Shown one piece after another: positions 1 to 9,400 of a DNA stretch of 15,760 nt; the stretch's first letter is position 1, and each line of letters begins with the position of its first letter. The stretch spans positions 1 through 15,760 of the forward strand of contig NW_021826022.1 of the NCBI RefSeq assembly GCF_006345805.1. Reading direction: 5' to 3'. The DNA is from Octopus sinensis. Its lineage: Eukaryota. Made by a program: the position numbers and the translations under genes. Under the pieces are notes generated by a model. The model worked only from the letters and a program-made list of their open reading frames with translations. It did no database searches and was not told where the DNA came from.

Positions 1-100
1 TTCAAATGAAGTTTCAATTATTTAGGTTGGTATTATAGTAGCTAAGTCATACATTTATTTAAACGATCGGTAGGGTTTGATGTAAAAAGTTTAAAAGTTC

Positions 101-654
101 TATCTCTCTTTCTCTTTTATTTGTTTCAGTCATTTGACAGCGGTATGTGTATGTATGTATGTGTGTGTCTGTGTGTATGTATGTATGTGTATGTATGTAT
201 GTATGCATGTGTATGTATGTATGTATGCATGTGTGTGTCTGTGTGTATGTATGATGTATGTATGTATGTATGTATGTATGTATGTATGAGCATCGCCTTT
301 AGTCGAGCAAATCGACCCCAGAACTTATTCTTTTGTAAGCCCAGTACTTATTCTAACGGTCTCTTTTGCCGAACCGCTATGTTACGGGGACGCAAACACA
401 CCAGCATCGGTTGTCAAGCGACGTTGGGGGGGGGGGGGCAAACGCAGAAACACAAACATATACACATAGATGCACATATATATACATATATACGACGGGC
501 GTCTTTCAGTTTCTGTCTACCAGATCCACTCACAAGGCTTTGGTCGGCCCGAGGCTATAGTAGAAGACACTTGCCTAAGGTGCCACGCAGTGAAACTGAC
601 CCTGAACCATGTGGTTGGTAAGCAAGCTACTTACCACACAGCCACTCCTGCGCC
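101..654 (-). mobile_element. tRNA-headed SINE (family B here), interrupted by an internal microsatellite
   Basis: The minus strand begins GGCGCAGGAGTGGCTGTGTGGTAAG (A-box-like), followed by a degenerate B-box region and CACCTTAGGCAAGTGTCTTC (similar to the start of the CORE domain). Next come an internal TA/TG tract, a 3' module with a GTCGA-TTTGC-TCGAC hairpin (302-316) and an AG-rich tail at 101-120. No TSD found. Confidence 0.75.
144..288. repeat. Compound (TATG)n/(TG)n microsatellite inside the SINE body
   Basis: Read directly from the sequence. Confidence 0.95.
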
Positions 655-656
655 CA

Positions 657-718
657 TGTATATATATATAATATATATATATTATATAATATATATATAT
701 ATATATTATATATATACA
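657..718. repeat. Interrupted (TA)n microsatellite
   Basis: Read directly from the sequence. Confidence 0.95.
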
Positions 719-720
719 AT

Positions 721-972
721 GTATAGCTTAATGGCTAGTTTTTTGCACTCAGGATCGCGAGATCGTGGTTTCAGTTTCTAGACCGAGTAGTGCTTTGTGT
801 TTTTGAGGAAAACCCTTCGTTTCCCGTTCCTCTGCGATTACTTCGACACCTGACTTATGGTATAACGCGCACCTGTTCAGGCAACTTCGATTTGATTGAA
901 GGAGTGAACAGCAGATAGATTTGTTCACTATAAACAAATCATTTGTGCAGGTTATGTAGCAGGAGAGGCCAT
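721..972 (+). mobile_element. Degenerate tRNA-headed SINE (family D head, partial CORE-like domain, different 3' part)
   Basis: Bases 723-832 align by eye with 4768-4872 (head, then TTGTGTTyTTGAGsAAAAC-CTTC-TTTC-GTT-CTCT). The sequence diverges after that. Confidence 0.55.
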
Positions 973-974
973 CA

Positions 975-1027
975 TATATATATGTATGTGCGTGTGTGTG
1001 TGTGTGTGTGTGTGTGCGTCTGTGTGT
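975..1027. repeat. (TA)/(TG)n microsatellite
   Basis: Read directly from the sequence. Confidence 0.95.
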
Positions 1028-1083
1028 AGCACTTTCTCAAGATTATTATTTAGGCAATGTGCTATATTTTCCAGTGGTCCAGT

Positions 1084-1084
1084 G

Positions 1085-1118
<34 letters not shown>

Positions 1119-1429
1119 TGTGTGTGTATGTATGTGTGTGTCTATATGTATGTATGTATATATGTATGTATGCGTGTATGTATGTGTATGTATGTATGTG
1201 TATGTATGTGTATGTATGTATGTGTATGTATGTGTGTGTATGTATGTATGTGTATGTATGTATGTATGTGTATGAATGTATGTATGTATGTGTGTATGTG
1301 TAATTATGTATGTATATGTGCAGATTTGTATGTTTTGTTTTTTGTATGTATTGTCATGCATATAATTGCAAGACGTGCTCAAATATGTATATATATGTAT
1401 GTATGTGTATGTGTACATATGTATATATA
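1084..1429. repeat. (TATG)n/(TATGTG)n compound microsatellite with a short non-repetitive interruption near 1320-1383
   Basis: Read directly from the sequence. Confidence 0.9.
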
Positions 1430-1638
1430 CGAGGGGGGGGGCTGAAAAGTTCCTGGCTTTAAGGGTATCTTGAAAGGCCTGGTTGGAGGTCCGACCTTCC
1501 GAGGTCTTTTACAGGGTTTGGAAAAACCTGAAGGACCGCTGCAATAAGTTACTTAATGTGAGAGGGGCATATGCTAATATGTTAAATAAAATCATAACCT
1601 CGTTTTACCCAAAGCCAGAAAATTTCAGCACACCCTCA
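1430..1638 (+). mobile_element. Non-autonomous mariner element (MITE / internal deletion derivative)
   Basis: TA at 1428-1429 and 1639-1640. Imperfect ~30 bp TIRs: CGAG(G)nCTGAAAAGTTCCTGGCTTT (1430-1460) and AAAGCCAGAAAATTTCAGCACACCCTCA (1611-1638). The internal frame reads RPSEVFYRVWKNLKDRCNKLLNVRGAY, resembling the mariner transposase C-terminal FYxxGIxxLxxRWxKCxxxxGxY motif. Confidence 0.85.
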
Positions 1639-1672
1639 TATATTCATATGCGAATATATTACATATTGTATA

Positions 1673-2053
1673 GTGGAGGCGCAATGGCCCAGTGGTTAGG
1701 GAAGCGGACGCGCGGTCATAGGATCGCGGTTTCGATTCCCAGGCCGGGTATTGTGAGTGTTTATTGAGCAAAAATACCTAAAAGCTCCACGAGGCTCCGG
1801 CAGGGGATGGTGGTGATCCCTGCTGTACTCTTTCATCACAACTTTCTCTTACTTTCTGTTTCTGTTGTACCTGTATTTCAAAGGGCCGGCCTTGTCACTC
1901 TGTGTCACGCTGAATATCCCCGAGAACTACGTTAAGGGTACACGTGTCTGTGGAGTGCTCAGCCACTTACACGTTAATTTCACGAGCAGGCTGTTCCGTT
2001 GATTCGGATCAACCGGAACCCTCGTCGTCGTAACCGACGGAGTGCTTCCATCC
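1673..2053 (+). mobile_element. Full-length tRNA-derived SINE (family C, tail type 1)
   Basis: A box TGGCCCAGTGG (1685-1695) and B-box-like GGTTTCGATTCC (1728-1739). Perfect 12-bp TSD ACATATTGTATA at 1661-1672 and 2054-2065. A second copy lies at 14799-15184 on the minus strand. The head resembles tRNA-Arg, as described for octopus OR-type SINEs (recalled, not verified). Confidence 0.9.
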
Positions 2054-2057
2054 ACAT

Positions 2058-2061
<4 letters not shown>

Positions 2062-2095
<34 letters not shown>

Positions 2096-2098
2096 ATA
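2062..2098. repeat. (TA)n microsatellite adjoining the 3' TSD of the SINE
   Basis: Read directly from the sequence. Confidence 0.95.
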
Positions 2099-2618
2099 TG
2101 TGTCACTATATGGGAACGTGCCTGTGTGCGTACAAACACAAAGATACTCTTACAAACTTTAGTTAAATAACAATTGAAATAGTCAAACGACTGCTGTTAA
2201 ACTTCATCACCAATAAGGTAAATCTAGATATCAATTACCGAAGATTTGAGCGCATAGAATATGTCATACTTGAATATGACAAGTCATTTAATTTAACTCA
2301 CTATGAACTATAATGAAATTAAAGTAAAATTTAATACAGATTTCAGTCAAAATTTATACCAGCATGCGTCAAATATATACGTTGTTAATACCCCATTAAG
2401 AAAGGTTCCGGCAATAGATTTGTCTATAAATTGATTCATATGCTATGAATCAATATTTAATTTGGCGGCTGTATTTCTATATTACACATTGTACTAGTAT
2501 GAAATTAATTCGTAATAATGTAGAAATAAATATTACAGTTTTAAAGGTGAAATAAATTTGTAGATCCTTATTTTACTAGGGATTACGCACAAGTGTATAC
2601 ATAAACAAATGCTTTCAA

Positions 2619-2674
2619 ACATACATACATACATACATACATACATACATACATACATACATACATACATACAT
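2619..2674. repeat. Perfect (ACAT)14 microsatellite
   Basis: Read directly from the sequence. Confidence 0.95.
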
Positions 2675-2842
2675 GTGTATATAGGTATATATAACATAAA
2701 TAATACAATATGACAAATACACTCTGTACTCTACAAATGGTTCGCTCTGAAGCATTGGTATATCGAGTTCTATAACCAGGTTATTAGAATCACTATGCCT
2801 TAGCGAAAAATAAATATTTTATGAACTGTACTATATTTTATG

Positions 2843-3126
2843 TGGAGGCACATGGCCTAGTGGTTAGTGCAGCGGACTCGCAGTCGAGGGATCGCGAGTT
2901 CGAATCTCAGACCGGGCGATGTTTGTGTTTATGAGCGAAACACCTAAACTCCACGCGACTCCGGCTGAAGGTAATGGCGAATTTCTGCTGACTTTCTCTC
3001 ACTTTTTCCTCCTGCATCTTGCAGCTCACCTGCGATGGACCGGCGTCCCGTTCAGGTGAGGAACCTATACGCCAAGGAAACCGGCCCTTATGAGCCAGGC
3101 ATGACTTCAGAAGGAACAAACAGCAT
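2843..3126 (+). mobile_element. tRNA-derived SINE (family C head, tail type 2)
   Basis: A box TGGCCTAGTGG (2853-2863) and canonical B box GTTCGAATC (2898-2906). 11-bp TSD TATATTTTATG at 2832-2842 and 3127-3137. The tail motif CCTGCGATGGACCGGCGTCCCG is shared with 9881-10199 and, degenerately, with 4757-4955. Confidence 0.85.
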
Positions 3127-3308
3127 TATATTTTATGGACGGATTATATAGAAATATATGTGTACGCTCTTCACTCTTCGATAGTGATTACTCAACATAA
3201 CAAAAATAACCCTAGAAGCGATTCTCTCCCTTCAAGTAGCACTCTCTCATCTGAAGAAACACTTTACAACAAAACCATAACATACATGCATGTATGTATA
3301 ATTGTATG

Positions 3309-4017
3309 TTATTCTATTTTTCCTTTTAATTTTACAGTAAATTTTGACCGACTAGAATATTGTGAAGGAAAGTATCCTATTTTAATCATCACCTTTCAAA
3401 TCTCAAGAAGGTGTTCGAGATTAGTATAGTCCCAGACATCTCGGCGTTAAGGATTTGTATTCTCTCCCCAAGATCCCAAGTTTAGTCATACTCTGCTCCA
3501 GATGGGTTGGTATGTATTCTGTAGCTCTAATAATAATAGGCATAAAACTGAAAGTGTACCCTGGTTACTGGATTTGCAAACTCCTCATCAATGGTCCAAT
3601 GATGTCCGCTTTCTCTTGTATTTTTCTAGCCACATTCGTGTCCAAAGGGCAGCCGGTTTCCACGTCAGACTATATCTTTAAAATGTTAAGGCGTCGAGCT
3701 GGCAGAATCGTTAGCACGCCGGGCGAAATGCTTAGCAGTATTTCGTCTGCCGTTACGTTCTGAGTTCAAACTTCGCCGAGGTCGACTTTGGCTTTCATCC
3801 TTTCGGGGTCGATAAATAAGTACCAGTTACACACTGGAGTCGATGTAATCGACTTAATCCCTTTGTCTGTCCTTGTTTGTCCCCTTTGTGTTTAGCCCCT
3901 TGTGGGCAATAAAGAAATAAGAATATATCTTTTCTTTGTGCTCTCACACAAAGATATATGTGGCCGGTTGTGTTTTGAACTTGGTGGCTATTTTAATTCT
4001 CAACTTCTACCAAAGTA
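3309..4017 (-). mobile_element. 5'-truncated, decayed non-LTR retrotransposon 3' end with restriction-like endonuclease (PD-(D/E)xK) domain, R2-group (R4/Dong/NeSL/Hero-like); interrupted by a SINE
   Basis: Hand translation of the minus strand gives HNRPHISLCESTKKRY (3972-3925), then the SINE, then VETGCPLDTNVARKIQEKADIIGPLMRSLQIQ*PGYTFSFMPIIIRATEYIPTHLEQSMTKLG, then after a frameshift SGTILISNTFLRFER* (stop at 3389-3391). This matches the HNRPD...ExxCPxDxN...EK...PIIIGATG...LG...GT pattern of RLE retroelements. It carries stops and frameshifts. An A-rich 3' end lies at about 3309. Confidence 0.75.
3688..3923 (+). mobile_element. Full-length tRNA-like SINE (family A)
   Basis: Head GGCGTCGAGCTGGCAGAATCG, B-box-like GAGTTCAAAC, body GGTCGACTTTGGCTTTCATCCTTTCGGGGTCGATAAATAAGTACCAG and 3' end AAAGAAATAAGAA. 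Three more copies are in the window. Possible 9-bp TSD TATATCTTT (3671-3679 and 3924-3932) with about 8 extra bases at the 5' junction. Confidence 0.88.
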
Positions 4018-4756
4018 TGTATGTATGTATGTTTGCATGTACGTACATACGGACGTATGTATTTTTCAATTTAGTTTACAAATGTATTAGGATGAAAGAC
4101 TATAAGTAATGAAAGACCCACACAACATAAACAAATGTCTGACTTGAAAAATAATTATGAAAATTTTAGAAGAGGGAAATGCTTAATTAAATGTAACAGT
4201 CGATTTAAGTATTTCAAAGCACAGAAATAAACAAAGGAGAAAATAATTTAGTCTTATCAGCTAATATTTTGATAAAAGGTTAATTAAAAAATATATATAT
4301 AAGAACATTTGGATAATATTATCAAATATTATATAATAGACATAAGTTCATTAATTAGAAAGAAACTGCGTAATTATAATTAAAACAACTGCTTACTTAT
4401 TGAAGTTTATTTTTATTTTATATATGACTTATAAATTTTGTGTCCAGTAAATGTTTTTCCGACTTCTGAAGCTGGCCTTGATTTTCCAATCGAGAATATC
4501 AAATATACATTCATATACATGTAGATATTTGTCGTTGCCTTGGGCTTCCTAAAAGTCAATGGCATTTAGGGCTTTCCGTCCATGAGCTCTCCAATGAATA
4601 TTCAGTTCTGCACGGTTTCAACCATAGGGGACAGACGAAAGCTGTAACTCGCTGTGCGCTTCTAACTGGTTAATTCTGAACACGTCACCACTCTTCCTTC
4701 GCCATAGAACTTGCAGTAGATGAGATGATAAATGTGATCACCCTAAAGCAACATAT

Positions 4757-4955
4757 GTGGAGGCGCGTGGCTCAGTGGTTAAGGGTGGTGAGTTCATGAT
4801 CTGTGATTTCGATTCCTGGACTGGGCTACGCGTTGTGTTCTTGAGCAAAACACTTCATTTCAGGTTGCTCTAGTCCACTCAGCTGGTAAAAAGAAGTAAT
4901 CCTGCTATAGACCGACGTCTCATCCAGGTGAGGAATTTATACAAGATGGAAACAG
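4757..4955 (+). mobile_element. Degenerate CORE-SINE (family D)
   Basis: Head GGAGGCGCGTGGCTCAGTGG...TTTCGATTCC, then GTTGTGTTCTTGAGCAAAACACTTCATTTCAGGTTGCTCTAGTCCACTCAGCTGGTAAAAAG. The latter aligns by eye with the CORE consensus (TGTGACCTTGGGCAAGTCACTT...CTCAGTTTCCTCATCTGTAAAATG). A decayed type-2 tail follows. Confidence 0.65.
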
Positions 4956-5025
4956 GTTTCTCATCTTCAGCACTTTCTTCAATGTTTATTTGGTTATAAA
5001 ATCTCCTCTGGTCTGTCTCAAGTAT

Positions 5026-5053
5026 CTACTACTACTACTACTACTAATACTAC
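5026..5053. repeat. (CTA)n microsatellite
   Basis: Read directly from the sequence. Confidence 0.9.
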
Positions 5054-5204
5054 TATAAAGCAAAAATAAAGAGTGCCATTTTTTACCAAGTGAACGATAC
5101 TTTGGCATATATGTGTCCTCCGCAAGTTCAAAAAATAAACTTGTCAATGGCGAATTATCGTTCACTTGATAACGATGGCATTCTCCTTTCTTTTTGCTTC
5201 TATA
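5054..5204. mobile_element. Foldback / MITE-like element with long imperfect terminal inverted repeats
   Basis: Bases 5054-5099 are an imperfect inverted copy of 5156-5204, with a perfect 13-bp core (CAAGTGAACGATA at 5087-5099 and TATCGTTCACTTG at 5156-5168). Both outer ends read TATA. Confidence 0.55.
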
Positions 5205-5240
5205 TACCTACTGGAGGAGTTACATCAATCCTATGAAATA

Positions 5241-5266
5241 CTGCTGCTGCTGCTGCTGCTGCTGCT

Positions 5267-5311
<45 letters not shown>

Positions 5312-5320
5312 AACAACAAC
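5241..5320. repeat. Compound trinucleotide repeat (CTG)8-CTT-(ACT)14-(ACA)3
   Basis: Counted from the sequence. Confidence 0.95.
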
Positions 5321-5333
5321 TGTTATTATCATC

Positions 5334-5546
5334 AAGGCGACGAGTTAGCAGAATCGTTAGCGCACTCGACGAAATACTTAGCGGTAATTCGCCCGTCGCT
5401 ACGTTCGGAGTTCAAATTCCGCTGAGGTCCACTATGCCTTTCATTTTTTCGGGGTCGATGAATTAAGAACCAGTGAAAAGTGGGGTCGATATAATCGATT
5501 GTCCGCTGCAACCAAGATCAGGCCCGTCTGCCTTTAGTAGAAATTA

Positions 5547-5592
<46 letters not shown>

Positions 5593-5619
5593 TATTATTA
5601 TTACTATTATCATCATCAT
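5334..5619 (+). mobile_element. Older family A SINE with an alternative 3' end and an (ATT/ATC)n tail
   Basis: Bases 5334-5499 align with 3688-3853. The sequence then diverges (GTCCGCTGCAACCAAGATCAGGCCCGTCTGCCTTTAGTAGAA) and ends in the (ATT/CAT)n tract at 5545-5619. Confidence 0.8.
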
Positions 5620-5773
5620 AAGAGCATTTCCTCTATTGTTTGCTGCTCATTTTCTAATGTTTTTCAACAGTATTTCTGACAAATACATCAAGACAACTTT
5701 ACCTTTGACATGTATCGTTAGATAACTCATAGAGAAGCCATTTTGGAAAGAAAATAGTAATAAATATATTTGA

Positions 5774-5775
5774 AA

Positions 5776-5851
<76 letters not shown>

Positions 5852-5972
5852 ATGTGTATGTTTATATATATACAATATGTTTTATATATATTATATATAA
5901 ATATATGTTTAGATATATATGTGTGTTTATATATATATATGTGTGTTTTATATATATATATATATGAGTGTT

Positions 5973-6003
<31 letters not shown>

Positions 6004-6023
6004 TATATATATATATTTGTGTT

Positions 6024-6064
<41 letters not shown>

Positions 6065-6152
6065 TATATATATATATACATATATGTGTTTATATATATA
6101 TATATATATACACATATATATGCATACACACATACGCACATATATATATATA
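5774..6152. repeat. Higher-order (TA)n/(TG)n array punctuated by GTTT
   Basis: About 10 units of the form (GT)nTT(TA)n. Confidence 0.9.
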
Positions 6153-6612
6153 GTTTCGTTTCAATCTCCTTTCTTGTATTTTAATCTTCTGTAGGACTTA
6201 AAAATGATATAAGATGCAACGTAAATTAAAAGGTAAGAAAATGAAAGGCAGAAAGAAATTAAGGAAAACAAAATGACGGAAACATATTCATTTATGAAAT
6301 TCATTGTTTTCATTCTTTCGCTCATAACAGAAACCTTTTACAACGTAGGATGGAAGTAAAATGCTGATAAATGACTACAAAAAAATATACGCAATTTTAA
6401 AAGTATATAAAGAAAACAAATCGGCTGAAGAATCAGATTTTATGGTGTGGTGTCTGAACATGAGAGTTATACAATACATACAATAATAGTAAGGATGTAT
6501 TGTATGTGTATATAACAAATTGTGCGCTCATATGTAGACGACGCTCGGAAGAGGTGCTTTCACAGATACCACACACGGCTATATAGGTAGACACATATTG
6601 AACTGACGCATT

Positions 6613-6613
6613 A

Positions 6614-6656
<43 letters not shown>

Positions 6657-6835
6657 TATTATATGATATATATGTGTGTGTGTTGTGTGTGGTGTGTGTG
6701 TTTGTGTGTTGTGTGTGAGTGTGTGTGTGCGTGTGTATGCAATAACTATACATACATACGCACAGACAAAACCAAACACCATAATATAAATGTATTTATC
6801 GACATACACACAACGCACACACACATATATATATC

Positions 6836-6881
<46 letters not shown>

Positions 6882-7120
6882 TGTGTATTTATATATAAAA
6901 TAATTCTACACGTTTGTTCATATACATAGATATATTCCATAATATATAATATTCTCAATATATATTATATATATCATATACAATGCATATATAAATGTAT
7001 ATACGTACACACACATATATACAAGCATATATATACACGTACATGCATACATACTTATATGTGTGCATTACAGGTCTTAATATACAGATTTAAATAAAGG
7101 TATACCACAGGTATTATATA

Positions 7121-7180
<60 letters not shown>

Positions 7181-7278
7181 CATACATGATGCATAAATGT
7201 ATGAATATATATATATATATATATATATATCATTAATGTATGATGTAATATATATATATATATATATAATATTATATA
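6613..7278. repeat. Cluster of (TA)n, (TG)n and (CA)n microsatellites with short unique spacers
   Basis: Read directly from the sequence. Confidence 0.85.
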
Positions 7279-7689
7279 GGCGCACACATATATTTCAATA
7301 AAGTAGGCAAATTTATAGTAATTTGTAGGAACAACAAGAAGTAGTTACACACATACGCACGCGCACACACTCTCGCATACACACATTCAGACGCTCACAC
7401 ATACTTACAGACAATCAACAAACATACAACAAATGAGTACCTACTCAGTGTCGAAAAAAGAATAATACTAAATTGCAAGTACAACACACACACACACACA
7501 CACACTTAGAAAGAAATTCATACAAATACATACATATATAGACGCTGATTCAAAAATATCTCTTTGCACTTGACTAAATTTGTACATTAATCATTTTTTT
7601 TCATTCTGCTCCATTTCGCGTTTGATTCAAATTGGACGTATAGTCTTTTCCTTCCGTGATATATTCTTTCAGTTTAGAAAGTCATTGGA

Positions 7690-8280
7690 TATACTATATA
7701 CATACACACATATAGGAATTATATATATATGAATATATATTTATGTAATGTATATTTACATACTATATATTTACATACATATATATTTTACATATATATA
7801 TATATTTACATATATATATATTTACATATATATATATTTACATTAATATATATATTTTTACATATATATATTATTTACATATGTATATTTACATATATAT
7901 ATATATGTATATTTACATATATATATATATCTATATATACTTATACATACATATATCTCTATCATATATATATACGTAAGTGTATATATATATATACATA
8001 TATTCACATATACATGTATGTTGAATTATGTATACTCTAGATATACACAAACGTATACGCTTGTAATATATATATATATATACGTGGTCATATATAGCAA
8101 TATACATTATACATTGTGTAATATAGTTATGTATAAATGTATACATATATTTCATATACACTCATAAATATGCATTCCTATCTATATGTATATACATTAC
8201 TTTAACCGCACACACAGACACATACACTCAGATACACATATATATATACACGTCGCCTTATAAATACACGAGTATATATG
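7690..8280. repeat. Degenerate (TA)n-rich array including about 10 TTTACA(TA)n units at about 7750-7930
   Basis: Read directly from the sequence. Confidence 0.85.
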
Positions 8281-8771
8281 TGTTTAAGTCAACGAATAGT
8301 ATTTTATATAATGCTATTACTCGCTTCTTAGCGTTACATATATCTCCTATTAATTTTTTTGGTTACCGTTCTGTAAATTTGAATTCACAAGAAACACGAT
8401 TTCAAAAATGTGAATTACTTCTGAAAGATAAATTTTAAATAAAACAAAAACAAAGACCAACAAAAGAATTAATCACAAACAAACATAAAAATAATAAAAC
8501 GAACGGAAAAGAACCATTTACATACATATATATATATACATATATAATTAAGAACGCAACAAAAACAAAATAGAGTGGAATCTAATACAAGTCAAAATCA
8601 CTTATTTTTATGGTTGATATTTGTTAGTGAATTAGATAGGAAAGGAAAAAAAATGAAAATATATTTTTGAAGCTGTCTTTCGACTTTTCTTTTAAATTAT
8701 CAAATGTTCCGTGTTTAGATTGTTAGGTTATTGAAAGAAAATCACTAGGAACGTTTAACAAAACCCATGCG

Positions 8772-9400
8772 TATATATATATATATCTATAGATATATAT
8801 ATATATATATATAATATAATATTTATATATATTATATATATATACATATATAATATTTATATATATATATATATATACATATATAATATTATATATATAT
8901 ATATATATACAATAATAGTTATATATATATATATATATATATAATATTTATATATATATATATCATATATTACAATATATATATATATATTTTATATATA
9001 TATATATATACATATATAGGTGTGTATAGATATAGTATATAATATAATTTATTCAGGAATTGATATATGTGTTATATATATATATATATTATATAGTTTA
9101 TATATATAATATATATTTATTTATATATGTGTATATCTATGGACTATATATATATATATATGTATATCTATGCATATATATATACATAATTTTTTTCCAT
9201 AATTCCTCACACATGCACATCTATCTACCTATCTATCTATCTATTTATCTATCTATCTATCGATCTATCTATATCGCTAAGTTCATATATACCTGAGCAT
9301 ACACACGGGCTTAACAACACACATTCATATATATATAGCTTATATATAAATAATACTCATGGACAAGCAACGCGCACACACACACACACACACACATATC
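8772..9400. repeat. (TA)n-rich array with TAATATTTA(TA)n units (about 8810-8965), then (CTAT)n and (CA)n tracts
   Basis: Read directly from the sequence. Confidence 0.85.

Noticed and set aside
1675-1750. tRNA-like sequences here and at 2844, 4759, 10199 and 15184
   Set aside because: No complete acceptor stem. Each continues into a shared repeat body, most with TSDs, so they are SINE heads and not tRNA genes.
3455-3763. 102-aa plus-strand ORF
   Set aside because: Antisense shadow of the retrotransposon endonuclease remnant, running into a SINE.
4956-4970. CTGAAGA-TGA-GAAAC on the minus strand, and CTGATGA at 11064-11070
   Set aside because: Hammerhead core fragments with no stem II or no suitably placed GAAA.
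5774-8965. CRISPR-like repeat/spacer appearance of the punctuated TA arrays
   Set aside because: The intervening sequences are only variable (TA)n, there are no cas genes, and the context is eukaryotic.
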